Counted from the stretch's first letter, positions 39,601 to 54,372 are shown. The stretch is DNA of 64,000 nt from Auanema rhodensis (GCA_964057225.1 OZ059898.1:3100001-3164000), one strand, 5' to 3'. The notes: generated from the sequence alone by a model not told the origin. A program made the numbers and translations.

Positions 39601-42600
39601 CGATGCGGATTTTTAAGCTGCGTCGATCTGTGTTATCAGATTTGCGCTAGCTTAAAAATGCACCGAGATATCAACTGATATAAGTTCACACTTATATCCT
39701 CGATTTTCATCCTGAAGAATTAATTTTTTCGTTGAATAACATTGTCCATCGTCTTTGCCTTGAAAAATCAAATCTAAAAACATCTACTTTTCGCTAAATT
39801 ATTTTGAAATTTTTCGAAAAAATTTTTGTCAAAATGTTTTTGGAAGCAATGTTGAGTGTACATGGAAACTCAACATACACTAATGCATCATTTTTCAAAC
39901 GATCATAACTAATTTTTGTATCAAGCGTTTTTCAATGTAGTAGAGTGCATTCGATGCGGATTTTTAAGCTGCGTCGATCTGTGTTATCAGATTTGCGCTA
40001 GCTTAAAAATGCACCGAGATATCAACTGATATAAGTTCACACTTATATCCTCGATTTTCACCCTGAAGAATTAACTTTTTCGTTGAATAACATTGTCTAT
40101 CGTCTTTGCCTTGAAAAATGGAATCTAAAAACATCTACTTTTTGGTAAACTATTTTGAAATTTTTCGAAAAAATTTTTGTCAAAATGTTTTTGGAAGCAA
40201 TGTTGAGTGTACATGGAAACTCAACATACACTAATGCATCATTTTTCAAACGATCTAAACTAATTTTTGTATCAAGCGTTTTTCAATGTAGTATAGTGCA
40301 TTCGATGCGGATTTTTAAGCTGCGTCGATCTGTGTTATCAGATTTGCGCTAGCTTAAAAATGCACCGAGATATCAACTGATACAAGTTCACACTTATATC
40401 CTCGATTTTCACCCTGAAGAAATAATTTTTTCGTTGAATAACATTGTCCATCGTCTTTGCCTTGAAAAAAGGATTTTAAAAACATCTACTTTTTGCTAAA
40501 TTATTTTGAAATTTTTCGAAAAAATTTTTGTCAAAATGTTTTTGGAAGCAATGTTGAGTGTACATGGAAACTCAACATACACTAATGCATCATTTTTCAA
40601 ACGATCATAACTAATTTTTGTATCAAGCGTTTCTTAATGTAGTATAGTGCATTCGATCCGGATTTTTAAGCTGCGTCGATCTGTGTTATCAGATTTGCGC
40701 TAGCTTAAAAATGCACCGAGATATCAACTGATATAAGTTCACACTTATATCCTCGATTTTCACCCTGAAGAAATAATTTTTTCGTTGAATAACATCGTCC
40801 ATCGTCTTTGCCTTGAAAAAAGGAATCTAAAAACATCTACTTTTTGCTAAATTATTTTGAAATTTTTCGAAAAAATTTTTGTCAAAATGTTTTTGGAAGC
40901 AATGTTGAGTGTACATGGAAACTCAACATACACTAATGCATCATTTTTCAAACGATCATAACTAATTTTTGTATCAAGCGTTTCTTAATGTAGTATAGTG
41001 CATTCGATCCGGATTTTTAAGCTGCGTCGATCTGTGTTATCAGATTTGCGCTAGCTTAAAAATGCACCGAGATATCAACTGATATAAGTTCACACTTATA
41101 TCCTCGATTTTCACCCTGAAGAAATAATTTTTTCGTTGAATAACATCGTCCATCGTCTTTGCCTTGAAAAAAGGAATCTAAAAACATCTACTTTTTGCTA
41201 AATTATTTTGAAATTTTTCGAAAAAATTTTTGTCAAAATGTTTTTGGAAGCAATGTTGAGTGTACATGGAAACTCAACATACACTAATGCATCATTTTTC
41301 AAACGATCATAACTAATTTTTGTATTAAGCGTTTTTCCATGTAGTATAGTGCAATCGATGCGGATTTTTAAGCTGCGTCGATCTGTGTTATCAGATTTGC
41401 GCTAGCTTAAAAATGCACCGAGATATCAACTGATATAAGTTCACACTTATATCCTCGATTTTCATCCTGAAGAATTAATTTTTTCGTTGAATAACATTGT
41501 CCATCGTCTTTGCCTTGAAAAATCAAATCTAAAAACATCTACTTTTCGCTAAATTATTTTGAAATTTTTCGAAAAAATTTTTGTCAAAATGTTTTTGGAA
41601 GCAATGTTGAGTGTACATGGAAACTCAACATACACTAATGCATCATTTTTCAAACGATCATAACTAATTTTTGTATCAAGCGTTTTTCAATGTAGTAGAG
41701 TGCATTCGATGCGGATTTTTAAGCTGCGTCGATCTGTGTTATCAGATTTGCGCTAGCTTAAAAATGCACCGAGATATCAACTGATATAAGTTCACACTTA
41801 TATCCTCGATTTTCACCCTGAAGAATTAACTTTTTCGTTGAATAACATTGTCTATCGTCTTTGCCTTGAAAAATGGAATCTAAAAACATCTACTTTTTGG
41901 TAAACTATTTTGAAATTTTTCGAAAAAATTTTTGTCAAAATGTTTTTGGAAGCAATGTTGAGTGTACATGGAAACTCAACATACACTAATGCATCATTTT
42001 TCAAACGATCTAAACTAATTTTTGTATCAAGCGTTTTTCAATGTAGTATAGTGCATTCGATGCGGATTTTTAAGCTGCGTCGATCTGTGTTATCAGATTT
42101 GCGCTAGCTTAAAAATGCACCGAGATATCAACTGATACAAGTTCACACTTATATCCTCGATTTTCACCCTGAAGAAATAATTTTTTCGTTGAATAACATT
42201 GTCCATCGTCTTTGCCTTGAAAAAAGGATTTTAAAAACATCTACTTTTTGCTAAATTATTTTGAAATTTTTCGAAAAAATTTTTGTCAAAATGTTTTTGG
42301 AAGCAATGTTGAGTGTACATGGAAACTCAACATACACTAATGCATCATTTTTCAAACGATCATAACTAATTTTTGTATCAAGCGTTTCTTAATGTAGTAT
42401 AGTGCATTCGATCCGGATTTTTAAGCTGCGTCGATCTGTGTTATCAGATTTGCGCTAGCTTAAAAATGCACCGAGATATCAACTGATATAAGTTCACACT
42501 TATATCCTCGATTTTCACCCTGAAGAAATAATTTTTTCGTTGAATAACATCGTCCATCGTCTTTGCCTTGAAAAAAGGAATCTAAAAACATCTACTTTTT

Positions 42601-45600
42601 GCTAAATTATTTTGAAATTTTTCGAAAAAATTTTTGTCAAAATGTTTTTGGAAGCAATGTTGAGTGTACATGGAAACTCAACATACACTAATGCATCATT
42701 TTTCAAACGATCATAACTAATTTTTGTATCAAGCGTTTCTTAATGTAGTATAGTGCATTCGATCCGGATTTTTAAGCTGCGTCGATCTGTGTTATCAGAT
42801 TTGCGCTAGCTTAAAAATGCACCGAGATATCAACTGATATAAGTTCACACTTATATCCTCGATTTTCACCCTGAAGAAATAATTTTTTCGTTGAATAACA
42901 TCGTCCATCGTCTTTGCCTTGAAAAAAGGAATCTAAAAACATCTACTTTTTGCTAAATTATTTTGAAATTTTTCGAAAAAATTTTTGTCAAAATGTTTTT
43001 GGAAGCAATGTTGAGTGTACATGGAAACTCAACATACACTAATGCATCATTTTTCAAACGATCATAACTAATTTTTGTATCAAGCGTTTCTTAATGTAGT
43101 ATAGTGCATTCGATCCGGATTTTTAAGCTGCGTCGATCTGTGTTATCAGATTTGCGCTAGCTTAAAAATGCACCGAGATATCAACTGATACAAGTTCACA
43201 CTTATATCCTCGATTTTCACCCTGAAGAAATAATTTTTTCGTTGAATAACATTGTCCATCGTCTTTGCCTTGAAAAAAGGATTTTAAAAACATCTACTTT
43301 TTGCTAAATTATTTTGAAATTTTTCGAAAAAATTTTTGTCAAAATGTTTTTGGAAGCAATGTTGAGTGTACATGGAAACTCAACATACACTAATGCATCA
43401 TTTTTCAAACGATCTAAACTAATTTTTGTATCAAGCGTTTTTCAATGTAGTATAGTGCATTCGATGCGGATTTTTAAGCTGCGTCGATCTGTGTTATCAG
43501 ATTTGCGCTAGCTTAAAAATGCACCGAGATATCAACTGATATAAGTTCACACTTATATCCTCGATTTTCACCCTGAAGAAATAATTTTTTCGTTGAATAA
43601 CATCGTCCATCGTCTTTGCCTTGAAAAAAGGAATCTAAAAACATCTACTTTTTGCTAAATTATTTTGAAATTTTTCGAAAAAATTTTTGTCAAAATGTTT
43701 TTGGAAGCAATGTTGAGTGTACATGGAAACTCAACATACACTAATGCATCATTTTTCAAACGATCATAACTAATTTTTGTATTAAGCGTTTTTCAATGTA
43801 GTATAGTGCATTCGATGCGGATTTTTAGGCTGCGTCGATCTGTGTTATCAGATTTGCGCTAGCTTAAAAATGCACCGAGATATCAACTGATATAAGTTCA
43901 CACTTATATCCTCGATTTTCACCCTGAAGAATTAATTTTTTCGTTGAATAACATTGTCTATCGTCTTTGCCTTGAGAAATGGAATCTAAAAACATCTACT
44001 TTTTGCTAAATTATTTTGAAATTTTTCGAAAAAATTTTTGTCAAAATGTTTTTGGAAGCAATGTTGAGTGTACATGGAAACTCAACATACACTAATGCAT
44101 CATTTTTCAAACGATCATAACTAATTTTTGTATCAAGCGTTTCTCAATGTAGTATAGTGCATTCGATCCGGATTTTTAAGCTGCGTCGATCTGTGTTATC
44201 AGATTTGCGCTAGCTTAAAAATGCAACGAGATATCAACTGATATAAGTTCACACTTATATCCTCGATTTTCACCCTGGAGAAATAATTTTTTCGTTGAAT
44301 AACATTGTCCATCGTCTTTGCTTTGAAAAAAGGAATCTAAAAACATCTACTTTTTGCTAAATTATTTTGAAATTTTTCGAAAAAATTTTTGTCAAAACTT
44401 TTTGGAAGCAATGTTGAGTGTACATGGAAACTCAACATACACTAATGCATCATTTTTCAAACGATCATAACTAATTTTTGTATTAAGCGTTTTTCAATGT
44501 AGTATAGTGCATTCGATGCGGATTTTTAAGCTGCGTCGATCTGTGTTATCAGATTTGCGCTAGCTTAAAAATGCACCGAGATATCAACTGATATAAGTTC
44601 ACACTTATATCCTCGATTTTCACCCTGAAGAATTAATTTTCTCGTTGAATAACATTGTCCATCGTCTTTGCCTTGAAAAAAGGAATCTAAAAACATCTAC
44701 TTTTTGCTGAATTATTTTGAAATTTTTCGAAAAAATTTTTGTCAAAATGTTTTTGGAAGCAATGTTGAGTGTACATGGAAACTCAACATACACTAATGCA
44801 TCATTTTTCGAACGATCATAACTAATTTTTGTATCAAGCGTTTCTTAATGTAGTATAGTGCATTCGATCCGGATTTTTAAGCTGCGTCGATCTATGTTAT
44901 CAGATTTGCGCTAGCTTAAAAATGCACCGAGATATCAACTGATATAAGTTCACACTTATATCCTCGATTTTCATCCTGAAGAATTAATTTTTTCGTTGAA
45001 TAACATTGTCCATCGTTTTTGCCTTGAAAAATCGAATCTAAAAACATCTACTTTTCGCTAAATTATTTTGAAATTTTTCGAAAAAATTTTTGTCAAAATG
45101 TTTTTGGAAGCAATGTTGAGTGTACATGGAAACTCAACATACACTAATGCATCATTTTTCAAACGATCATAACTAATTTTTGTATCAAGCGTTTTTCAAT
45201 GTAGTATAGTGCATTCGATGCGGATTTTTAAGCTGCGTCGATCTGTGTTATCAGATTTGCGCTAGCTTAAAAATGCACCGAGATATCAACTGATACAAGT
45301 TCACACTTATATCCTCGATTTTCACCCTGAAGAAATAATTTTTTCGTTGAATAACATTGTCCATCGTCTTTGCCTTGAAAAAAGGATTTTAAAAACATCT
45401 ACTTTTTGCTAAATTATTTTGAAATTTTTCGAAAAAATTTTTGTCAAAATGTTTTTGGAAGCAATGTTGAGTGTACATGGAAACTCAACATACACTAATG
45501 CATCATTTTTCAAACGATCATAACTAATTTTTGTATCAAGCGTTTTTCAATGTAGTATAGTGCATTCGATGCGGATTTTTAAGCTGCGTCGATCTGTGTT

Positions 45601-47440
45601 ATCAGATTTGCGCTAGCTTAAAAATGCACCGAGATATCAACTGATACAAGTTCACACTTATATCCTCGATTTTCACCCTGAAGAAATAATTTTTTCGTTG
45701 AATAACATTGTCCATCGTCTTTGCCTTGAAAAAAGGATTTTAAAAACATCTACTTTTTGCTAAATTATTTTGAAATTTTTCGAAAAAATTTTTGTCAAAA
45801 TGTTTTTGGAAGCAATGTTGAGTGTACATGGAAACTCAACATACACTAATGCATCATTTTTCAAACGATCATAACTAATTTTTGTATCAAGCGTTTCTTA
45901 ATGTAGTATAGTGCATTCGATCCGGATTTTTAAGCTGCGTCGATCTGTGTTATCAGATTTGCGCTAGCTTAAAAATGCACCGAGATATCAACTGATATAA
46001 GTTCACACTTATATCCTCGATTTTCACCCTGAAGAAATAATTTTTTCGTTAAATAACATCGTCCATCGTCTTTGCCTTGAAAAAAGAAATCTAAAAACAT
46101 CTACTTTTTGCTAAATTATTTTGAAATTTTTCGAAAAAATTTTTGTCAAAATGTTTTTGGAAGCAATGTTGAGTGTACATGGAAACTCAACATACACTAA
46201 TGCATCATTTTTCAAACGATCATAACTAATTTTTGTATTAAGCGTTTTTCAATGTAGTATAGTGCATTCGATGCGGATTTTTAAGCTGCGTCGATCTGTG
46301 TTATCAGATTTGCGCTAGCTTAAAAATGCACCGAGATATCAACTGATATAAGTTCACACTTATATCCTCGATTTTCACCCTGAAGAATTAATTTTTTCGT
46401 TGAATAACATTGTCTATCGTCTTTGCCTTGAGAAAAGGAATCTAAAAACATCTACTTTTTGCTAAATTATTTTGAAATTTTTCGAAAAAATTTTTGTCAA
46501 AATGTTTTTGGAAGCAATGTTGAGTGTACATGGAAACTCAACATACACTAATGCATCATTTTTCAAACGATCATAACTAATTTTTGTATCAAGCGTTTCT
46601 CAATGTAGTATAGTGCATTCGATCCGGATTTTTAAGCTGCGTCGATCTGTGTTATCAGATTTGCGCTAGCTTAAAAATGCACCGAGATATCAACTGATAC
46701 AAGTTCACACTTATATCCTCGATTTTCACCCTGAAGAAATAATTTTTTCGTTGAATAACATTGTCCATCGTCTTTGCCTTGAAAAAAGGATTTTAAAAAC
46801 ATCTACTTTTTGCTAAATTATTTTGAAATTTTTCGAAAAAATTTTTGTCAAAATGTTTTTGGAAGCAATGTTGAGTGTACATGGAAACTCAACATACACT
46901 AATGCATCATTTTTCAAACGATCATAACTAATTTTTGTATTAAGCGTTTTTCAATGTAGTATAGTGCATTCGATGCGGATTTTTAAGCTGCGTCGATCTG
47001 TGTTATCAGATTTGCGCTAGCTTAAAAATGCACCGAGATATCAACTGATATAAGTTCACACTTATATCCTCGATTTTCACCCTGAAGAAATAATTTTTTC
47101 GTTGAATAACATTGTCCATCGTCTTTGCCTTGAAAAATCGAATCTAAAAACATCTACTTTTCGCTAAATTATTTTGAAATTTTTCGAAAAAATTTTTGTC
47201 AAAATGTTTTTGGAAGCAATGTTGAGTGTACATGGAAACTCAACATACACTAATGCATCATTTTTCAAACGATCATAACTAATTTTTGTATTAAGCGTTT
47301 TTCAATGTAGTATAGTGCATTCGATGCGGATTTTTAAGCTGCGTCGATCTGTGTTATCAGATTTGCGCTAGCTTAAAAATGCACCGAGATATCAACTGAT
47401 ATAAGTTCACACTTATATCCTCGATTTTCACCCTGAAGAA
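33694..47440 (+). repeat. Copy 2 of the large block duplication (M97-M135)
   Basis: M101-M135 match M4-M38 at offset 34,044 (97x351-3). M97-M99 match M1-M3 at offset 33,693 because copy 2 has one extra monomer. The first diagnostic mismatch at the right end is 13397 A vs 47441 T. Confidence 0.95.
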
Positions 47441-50400
47441 TTAATTTTTTCGTTGAATAACATTGTCTATCGTCTTTGCCTTGAGAAATGGAATCTAAAA
47501 ACATCTACTTTTTGCTAAATTATTTTGAAATTTTTCGAAAAAATTTTTGTCAAAATGTTTTTGGAAGCAATGTTGAGTGTACATGGAAACTCAACATACA
47601 CTAATGCATCATTTTTCAAACGATCATAACTAATTTTTGTATCAAGCGTTTCTCAATGTAGTATAGTGCATTCGATTCGGATTTTTAAGCTGCGTCGATC
47701 TGTGTTATCAGATTTGCGCTAGCTTAAAAATGCACCGAGATATCAACTGATATAAGTTCACACTTATATCCTCGATTTTCACCCTGAAGAAATAATTTTT
47801 TCGTTGAATAACATTGTCCATCGTCTTTGCCTTGAAAAAAGAAATCTAAAAACATCTACTTTTTGCTAAATTATTTTGAAATTTTTCGAAAAAATTTTTG
47901 TCAAAATTTTTTGGAAGCAATGTTGAGTGTACATGGAAACTCAACATACACTAATGCATCATTTTTCAAACGATCATAACTAATTTTTGTATCAAGCGTT
48001 TCTCAATGTAGTATAGTGCATTCGATCCGGATTTTTAAGCTGCGTCGATCTGTGTTATCAGATTTGCGCTAGCTTAAAAATGCACCGAGATATCAACTGA
48101 TATAAGTTCACAATTATATCCTCGATTTTCATCCTGAAGAATTAATTTTTTCGTTGAATAACATTGTCTATCGTCTTTGCCTTGAAAAAAGGAATCTAAA
48201 AACATCTACTTTTTGCTAAATTATTTTGAAATTTTCCGAAAAAATTTTTGTCAAAATGTTTTTGGAAGCAATGTTGAGTGTACATGGAAACTCAACATAC
48301 ACTAATGCATCATTTTTCAAACGATCATAACTAATTTTTGTATCAAGCGTTTCTTAATGTAGTATAGTGCATTCGATCCGGATTTTTAAGCTGCGTCGAT
48401 CTGTGTTATCAGATTTGCGCTAGCTTAAAAATGCACCGAGATATCAACTGATATAAGTTCACACTTATATCCTCGATTTTCACCCTGAAGAAATAATTTT
48501 TTCGTTGAATAACATTGTCCATCGTCTTTGCCTTGAAAAAAGAAATCTAAAAACATCTACTTTTTGCTAAATTGTTTTGAAATTTTTCGAAAAAATTTTT
48601 GTCAAAATGTTTTTGGAAGCAATGTTGAGTGTACATGGAAACTCAACATACACTAATGCATCATTTTTCAAACGATCATAACTAATTTTTGTATCAAGCG
48701 TTTCTCAATGTAGTATAGTGCATTCGATCCGGATTTTTAAGCTGCGTCGATCTGTGTTATCAGATTTGCGCTAGCTTAAAAATGCACCGAGATATCAACT
48801 GATATAAGTTCACACTTATATCCTCGATTTTCACCCTGAAGAATTAATTTTCTCGTTGAATAACATTGTCCATCGTCTTTGCCTTGAAAAATGGAATCTA
48901 AAAACATCTACTTTTTGCTAAATTATTCTGAAATTTTTCGAAAAAATTTTATGTCAAAATTTTTTGGAAGCAATGTTGAGTGTACATGGAAACTCAACAT
49001 ACACTAATGCATCATTTTTCAAACGATCATAACTAATTTTTGTATTAAGCGTTTTTCAATGTAGTATAGTGCATTCGATGCGGATTTTTAAGCTGCGTCG
49101 ATCTGTGTTATCAGATTTGCGCTAGCTTAAAAATGCACCGAGATATCAACTGATATAAGTTCACACTTATATCCTCGATTTTCATCCTGAAGAATTAATT
49201 TTTTCGTTGAATAACATTGTCCATCGTCTTTGCCTTGAGAAATGGAATCTAAAAACATCTACTTTTTGCTAAATTATTTTGAAATTTTTCGAAAAAATTT
49301 TTGTCAAAATGTTTTTGGAAGCAATGTTGAGTGTACATGGAAACTCAACATACACTAATGCATCATTTTTCAAACGATCATAACTAATTTTTGTATCAAG
49401 CGTTTCTCAATGTAGTATAGTGCATTCGATTCGGATTTTTAAGCTGCGTCGATCTGTGTTATCAGATTTGCGCTAGCTTAAAAATGCACCGAGATATCAA
49501 CTGATATAAGTTCACACTTATATCCTCGATTTTCACCCTGAAGAAATAATTTTTTCGTTGAATAACATTGTCCATCGTCTTTGCCTTGAAAAAAGAAATC
49601 TAAAAACATCTACTTTTTGCTAAATTATTTTGAAATTTTTCGAAAAAATTTTTGTCAAAATTTTTTGGAAGCAATGTTGAGTGTACATGGAAACTCAACA
49701 TACACTAATGCATCATTTTTCAAACGATCATAACTAATTTTTGTATCAAGCGTTTCTCAATGTAGTATAGTGCATTCGATCCGGATTTTTAAGCTGCGTC
49801 GATCTGTGTTATCAGATTTGCGCTAGCTTAAAAATGCACCGAGATATCAACTGATATAAGTTCACAATTATATCCTCGATTTTCATCCTGAAGAATTAAT
49901 TTTTTCGTTGAATAACATTGTCTATCGTCTTTGCCTTGAAAAAAGGAATCTAAAAACATCTACTTTTTGCTAAATTATTTTGAAATTTTCCGAAAAAATT
50001 TTTGTCAAAATGTTTTTGGAAGCAATGTTGAGTGTACATGGAAACTCAACATACACTAATGCATCATTTTTCAAACGATCATAACTAATTTTTGTATCAA
50101 GCGTTTCTTAATGTAGTATAGTGCATTCGATCCGGATTTTTAAGCTGCGTCGATCTGTGTTATCAGATTTGCGCTAGCTTAAAAATGCACCGAGATATCA
50201 ACTGATATAAGTTCACACTTATATCCTCGATTTTCACCCTGAAGAAATAATTTTTTCGTTGAATAACATTGTCCATCGTCTTTGCCTTGAAAAAAGAAAT
50301 CTAAAAACATCTACTTTTTGCTAAATTGTTTTGAAATTTTTCGAAAAAATTTTTGTCAAAATGTTTTTGGAAGCAATGTTGAGTGTACATGGAAACTCAA

Positions 50401-50889
50401 CATACACTAATGCATCATTTTTCAAACGATCATAACTAATTTTTGTATCAAGCGTTTCTCAATGTAGTATAGTGCATTCGATCCGGATTTTTAAGCTGCG
50501 TCGATCTGTGTTATCAGATTTGCGCTAGCTTAAAAATGCACCGAGATATCAACTGATATAAGTTCACACTTATATCCTCGATTTTCACCCTGAAGAAATA
50601 ATTTTTTCGTTGAATAACATTGTCCATCGTCTTTGCCTTGAAAAAAGAAATCTAAAAACATCTACTTTTTGCTAAATTATTTTGAAATTTTTCGAAAAAA
50701 TTTTATGTCAAAATTTTTTGGAAGCAATGTTGAGTGTACATGGAAACTCAACATACACTAATGCATCATTTTTCAAACGATCATAACTATTTTTTGTATT
50801 AAGCGTTTCTCAATGTAGTATAGTGCATTCGATGCGGATTTTTAAGCTGCGTCGATCTGTGTTATCAGATTTGCGCTAGCTTAAAAATG
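47382..50889 (+). repeat. Local 5-mer higher-order repeat, period 1,754 bp, two units
   Basis: GATTCGG, the G-deletion CAAAATTTTTTGG, CACAATTA, AATTGTTTT and TTTTATGTC variants each recur at +1754 (e.g. monomers at 48083 and 49837). Confidence 0.9.
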
Positions 50890-53800
50890 CACCGAGATAT
50901 CAACTGATATAAGTTCACACTTATATCCTCGATTTTCACCCTGAAGAATTAACTTTTTCGTTGAATAACATTGTCTATCGTCTTTGCCTTGAAAAATGGA
51001 ATCTAAAAACATCTACTTTTTGCTAAATTATTTTGAAATTTTTCGAAAAAATTTTTGTCAAAATGTTTTTGGAAGCAATGTTGAGTGTACATGGAAACTC
51101 AACATACACTAATGCATCATTTTTCAAACGATCATAACTAATTTTTGTATTAAGCTTTTCTCAATGTAGTATAGTGCATTCGATGCGGATTTTTAAGCTG
51201 CGTCGATCTGTGTTATCAGATTTGCGCTAGCTTAAAAATGCACCGAGATATCAACTGATATAAGTTCACACTTATATCCTCGATTTTCATCCTGAAGAAT
51301 TAATTTTTTCGTTGAATAACATTGTCCATCGTCTTTGCCTTGAAAAATCGAATCTAAAAACATCTACTTTTCGCTAAATTATTTTGAAATTTTTCGAAAA
51401 AATTTTTGTCAAAATGTTTTTGGAAGCAATGTTGAGTGTACATGGAAACTCAACATACACTAATGCATCATTTTTCAAACGATCATAACTAATTTTTGTA
51501 TCAAGCGTTTTTCAATGTAGTATAGTGCATTCGATCCGGATTTTCAAGCTGCGTCGATCTGTGTTATCAGATTTGCGCTAGCTTAAAAATGCACCGAGAT
51601 ATCAACTGATATAAGTTCACACTTATATCCTCGATTTTCACCCTGAAGAAATAATTTTTTCGTTGAATAACATTGTCCATCGTCTTTGCCTTGAAAAAAG
51701 GAATCTAAAAACATCTACTTTTTGCTAAATTATTTTGAAATTTTTCGAAAAAATTTTTGTCAAAATTTTTTGGAAGCAATGTTGAGTGTACATGGAAACT
51801 CAACATACACTAATGCATCATTTTTCAAACGATCATAACTAATTTTTGTATTAAGCGTTTTTCAATGTAGTATAGTGCATCCGATGCGGATTTTTAAGCT
51901 GCGTCGATCTGTGTTATCAGATTTGCGCTAGCTTAAAAATGCACCGAGATATCAACTGATATAAGTTCACACTTATATCCTCGATTTTCATCCTGAAGAA
52001 TTAATTTTTTCGTTGAATAACATTGTCCATCGTCTTTGCCTTGAAAAATCAAATCTAAAAACATCTACTTTTCGCTAAATTATTTTGAAATTTTTCGAAA
52101 AAATTTTTGTCAAAATGTTTTTGGAAGCAATGTTGAGTGTACATGGAAACTCAACATACACTAATGCATCATTTTTCAAACGATCATAACTAATTTTTGT
52201 ATCAAGCGTTTTTCAATGTAGTATAGTGCATTCGATGCGGATTTTTAAGCTGCGTCGATCTGTGTTATCAGATTTGCGCTAGCTTAAAAATGCACCGAGA
52301 TATCAACTGATATAAGTTCACACTTATATCCTCGATTTTCACCCTGAAGAATTAATTTTCTCGTTGAATAACATTGTCCATCGTCTTTGCCTTGAAAAAA
52401 GGAATCTAAAAACATCTACTTTTTGCTAAATTATTTTGAAATTTTTCGAAAAAAGTTTTGTCAAAATGTTTTTGGAAGCAATGTTGAGTGTACATGGAAA
52501 CTCAACATACACTAATGCATCATTTTTCAAACGATCATAACTAATTTTTGTATTAAGCTTTTCTCAATGTAGTATAGTGCATTCGATGCGGATTTTCAAG
52601 CTGCGTCGATCTGTGTTATCAGATTTGCGCTAGCTTAAAAATGCACCGAGATATCAACTGATATAAGTTCACACTTATATCCTCGATTTTCACCCTGAAG
52701 AATTAATTTTTTCGTTGAATAACATTGTCTATCGTCTTTGCCTTGAAAAATGGAATCCAAAAACATCTACTTTTTGCTAAATTATTTTGAAATTTTTCGA
52801 AAAAATTTTTGTCAAAATGTTTTTGGAAGCAATGTTGAGTGTACATGGAAACTCAACATACACTAATGCATCATTTTTCAAACGATCATAACTAATTTTT
52901 GTATCAAGCGTTTTTCAATGTAGTATAGTGCATTCGATGCGGATTTTTAAGCTGCGTCGATCTGTGTTATCAGATTTGCGCTAGCTTAAAAATGCACCGA
53001 GATATCAACTGATATAAGTTCACACTTATATCCTCGATTTTCATCCTGAAGAATTAATTTTTTCGTTGAATAACATTGTCTATCGTCTTTGCCTTGAAAA
53101 AAGGAATCTAAAAACATCTACTTTTTGCTAAATTATTTTGAAATTTTCCGAAAAAATTTTTGTCAAAATGTTTTTGGAAGCAATGTTGAGTGTACATGGA
53201 AACTCAACATACACTAATGCATCATTTTTCAAACGATCATAACTAATTTTTGTATCAAGCGTTTCTCAATGTAGTATAGTGCATTCGATCCGGATTTTTA
53301 AGCTGCGTCGATCTGTGTTATCAGATTTGCGCTAGCTTAAAAATGCACCGAGATATCAACTGATATAAGTTCACACTTATATCCTCGATTTTCACCCTGA
53401 AGAAATAATTTTTTCGTTGACTAACATTGTCCATCGTCTTTGCCTTGAAAAAAGGAATCTAAAAACATCTACTTTTTGCTAAATTATTTTGAAATTTTTC
53501 GAAAAAATTTTTGTCAAAATGTTTTTGGAAGCAATGTTGAGTGTACATGGAAACTCAACATACACTAATGCATCATTTTTCAAACGATCATAACTAATTT
53601 TTGTATTAAGCTTTTCTCAATGTAGTATAGTGCATTCGATGCGGATTTTTAAGCTGCGTCGATCTGTGTTATCAGATTTGCGCTAGCTTAAAAATGCACC
53701 GAGATATCAACTGATATAAGTTCACACTTATATCCTCGATTTTCATCCTGAAGAATTAATTTTTTCGTTGAATAACATTGTCCATCGTCTTTGCCTTGAA

Positions 53801-54047
53801 AAATCGAATCTAAAAACATCTACTTTTCGCTAAATTATTTTGAAATTTTTCGAAAAAATTTTTGTCAAAATGTTTTTGGAAGCAATGTTGAGTGTACATG
53901 GAAACTCAACATACACTAATGCATCATTTTTCAAACGATCATAACTAATTTTTGTATCAAGCGTTTTTCAATGTAGTATAGTGCATTCGATCCGGATTTT
54001 CAAGCTGCGTCGATCTGTGTTATCAGATTTGCGCTAGCTTAAAAATG

Positions 54048-54372
54048 CACCGAGATATCAACTGATATAAGTTCACACTTATATCCTCGATTTTCACCCT
54101 GAAGAAATAATTTTTTCGTTGAATAACATTGTCCATCGTCTTTGCCTTGAAAAAAGGAATCTAAAAACATCTACTTTTTGCTAAATTATTTTGAAATTTT
54201 TTGGAAGCAATGTTGAGTGTACATGGAAACTCAACATACACTAATGCATCATTTTTCAAACGATCATAACTAATTTTTGTATCAAGCGTTTTTCAATGTA
54301 GTATAGTGCATTCGATCCGGATTTTCAAGCTGCGTCGATCTGTGTTATCAGATTTGCGCTAGCTTAAAAATG
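54048..54372 (+). repeat. Truncated 325-bp monomer (26-bp internal deletion)
   Basis: The junction TTTTGAAATTTTTTGGAAGC at about 54189-54208 lacks the CGAAAAAATTTTTGTCAAAATG segment. The next monomer starts at 54373. Confidence 0.97.
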
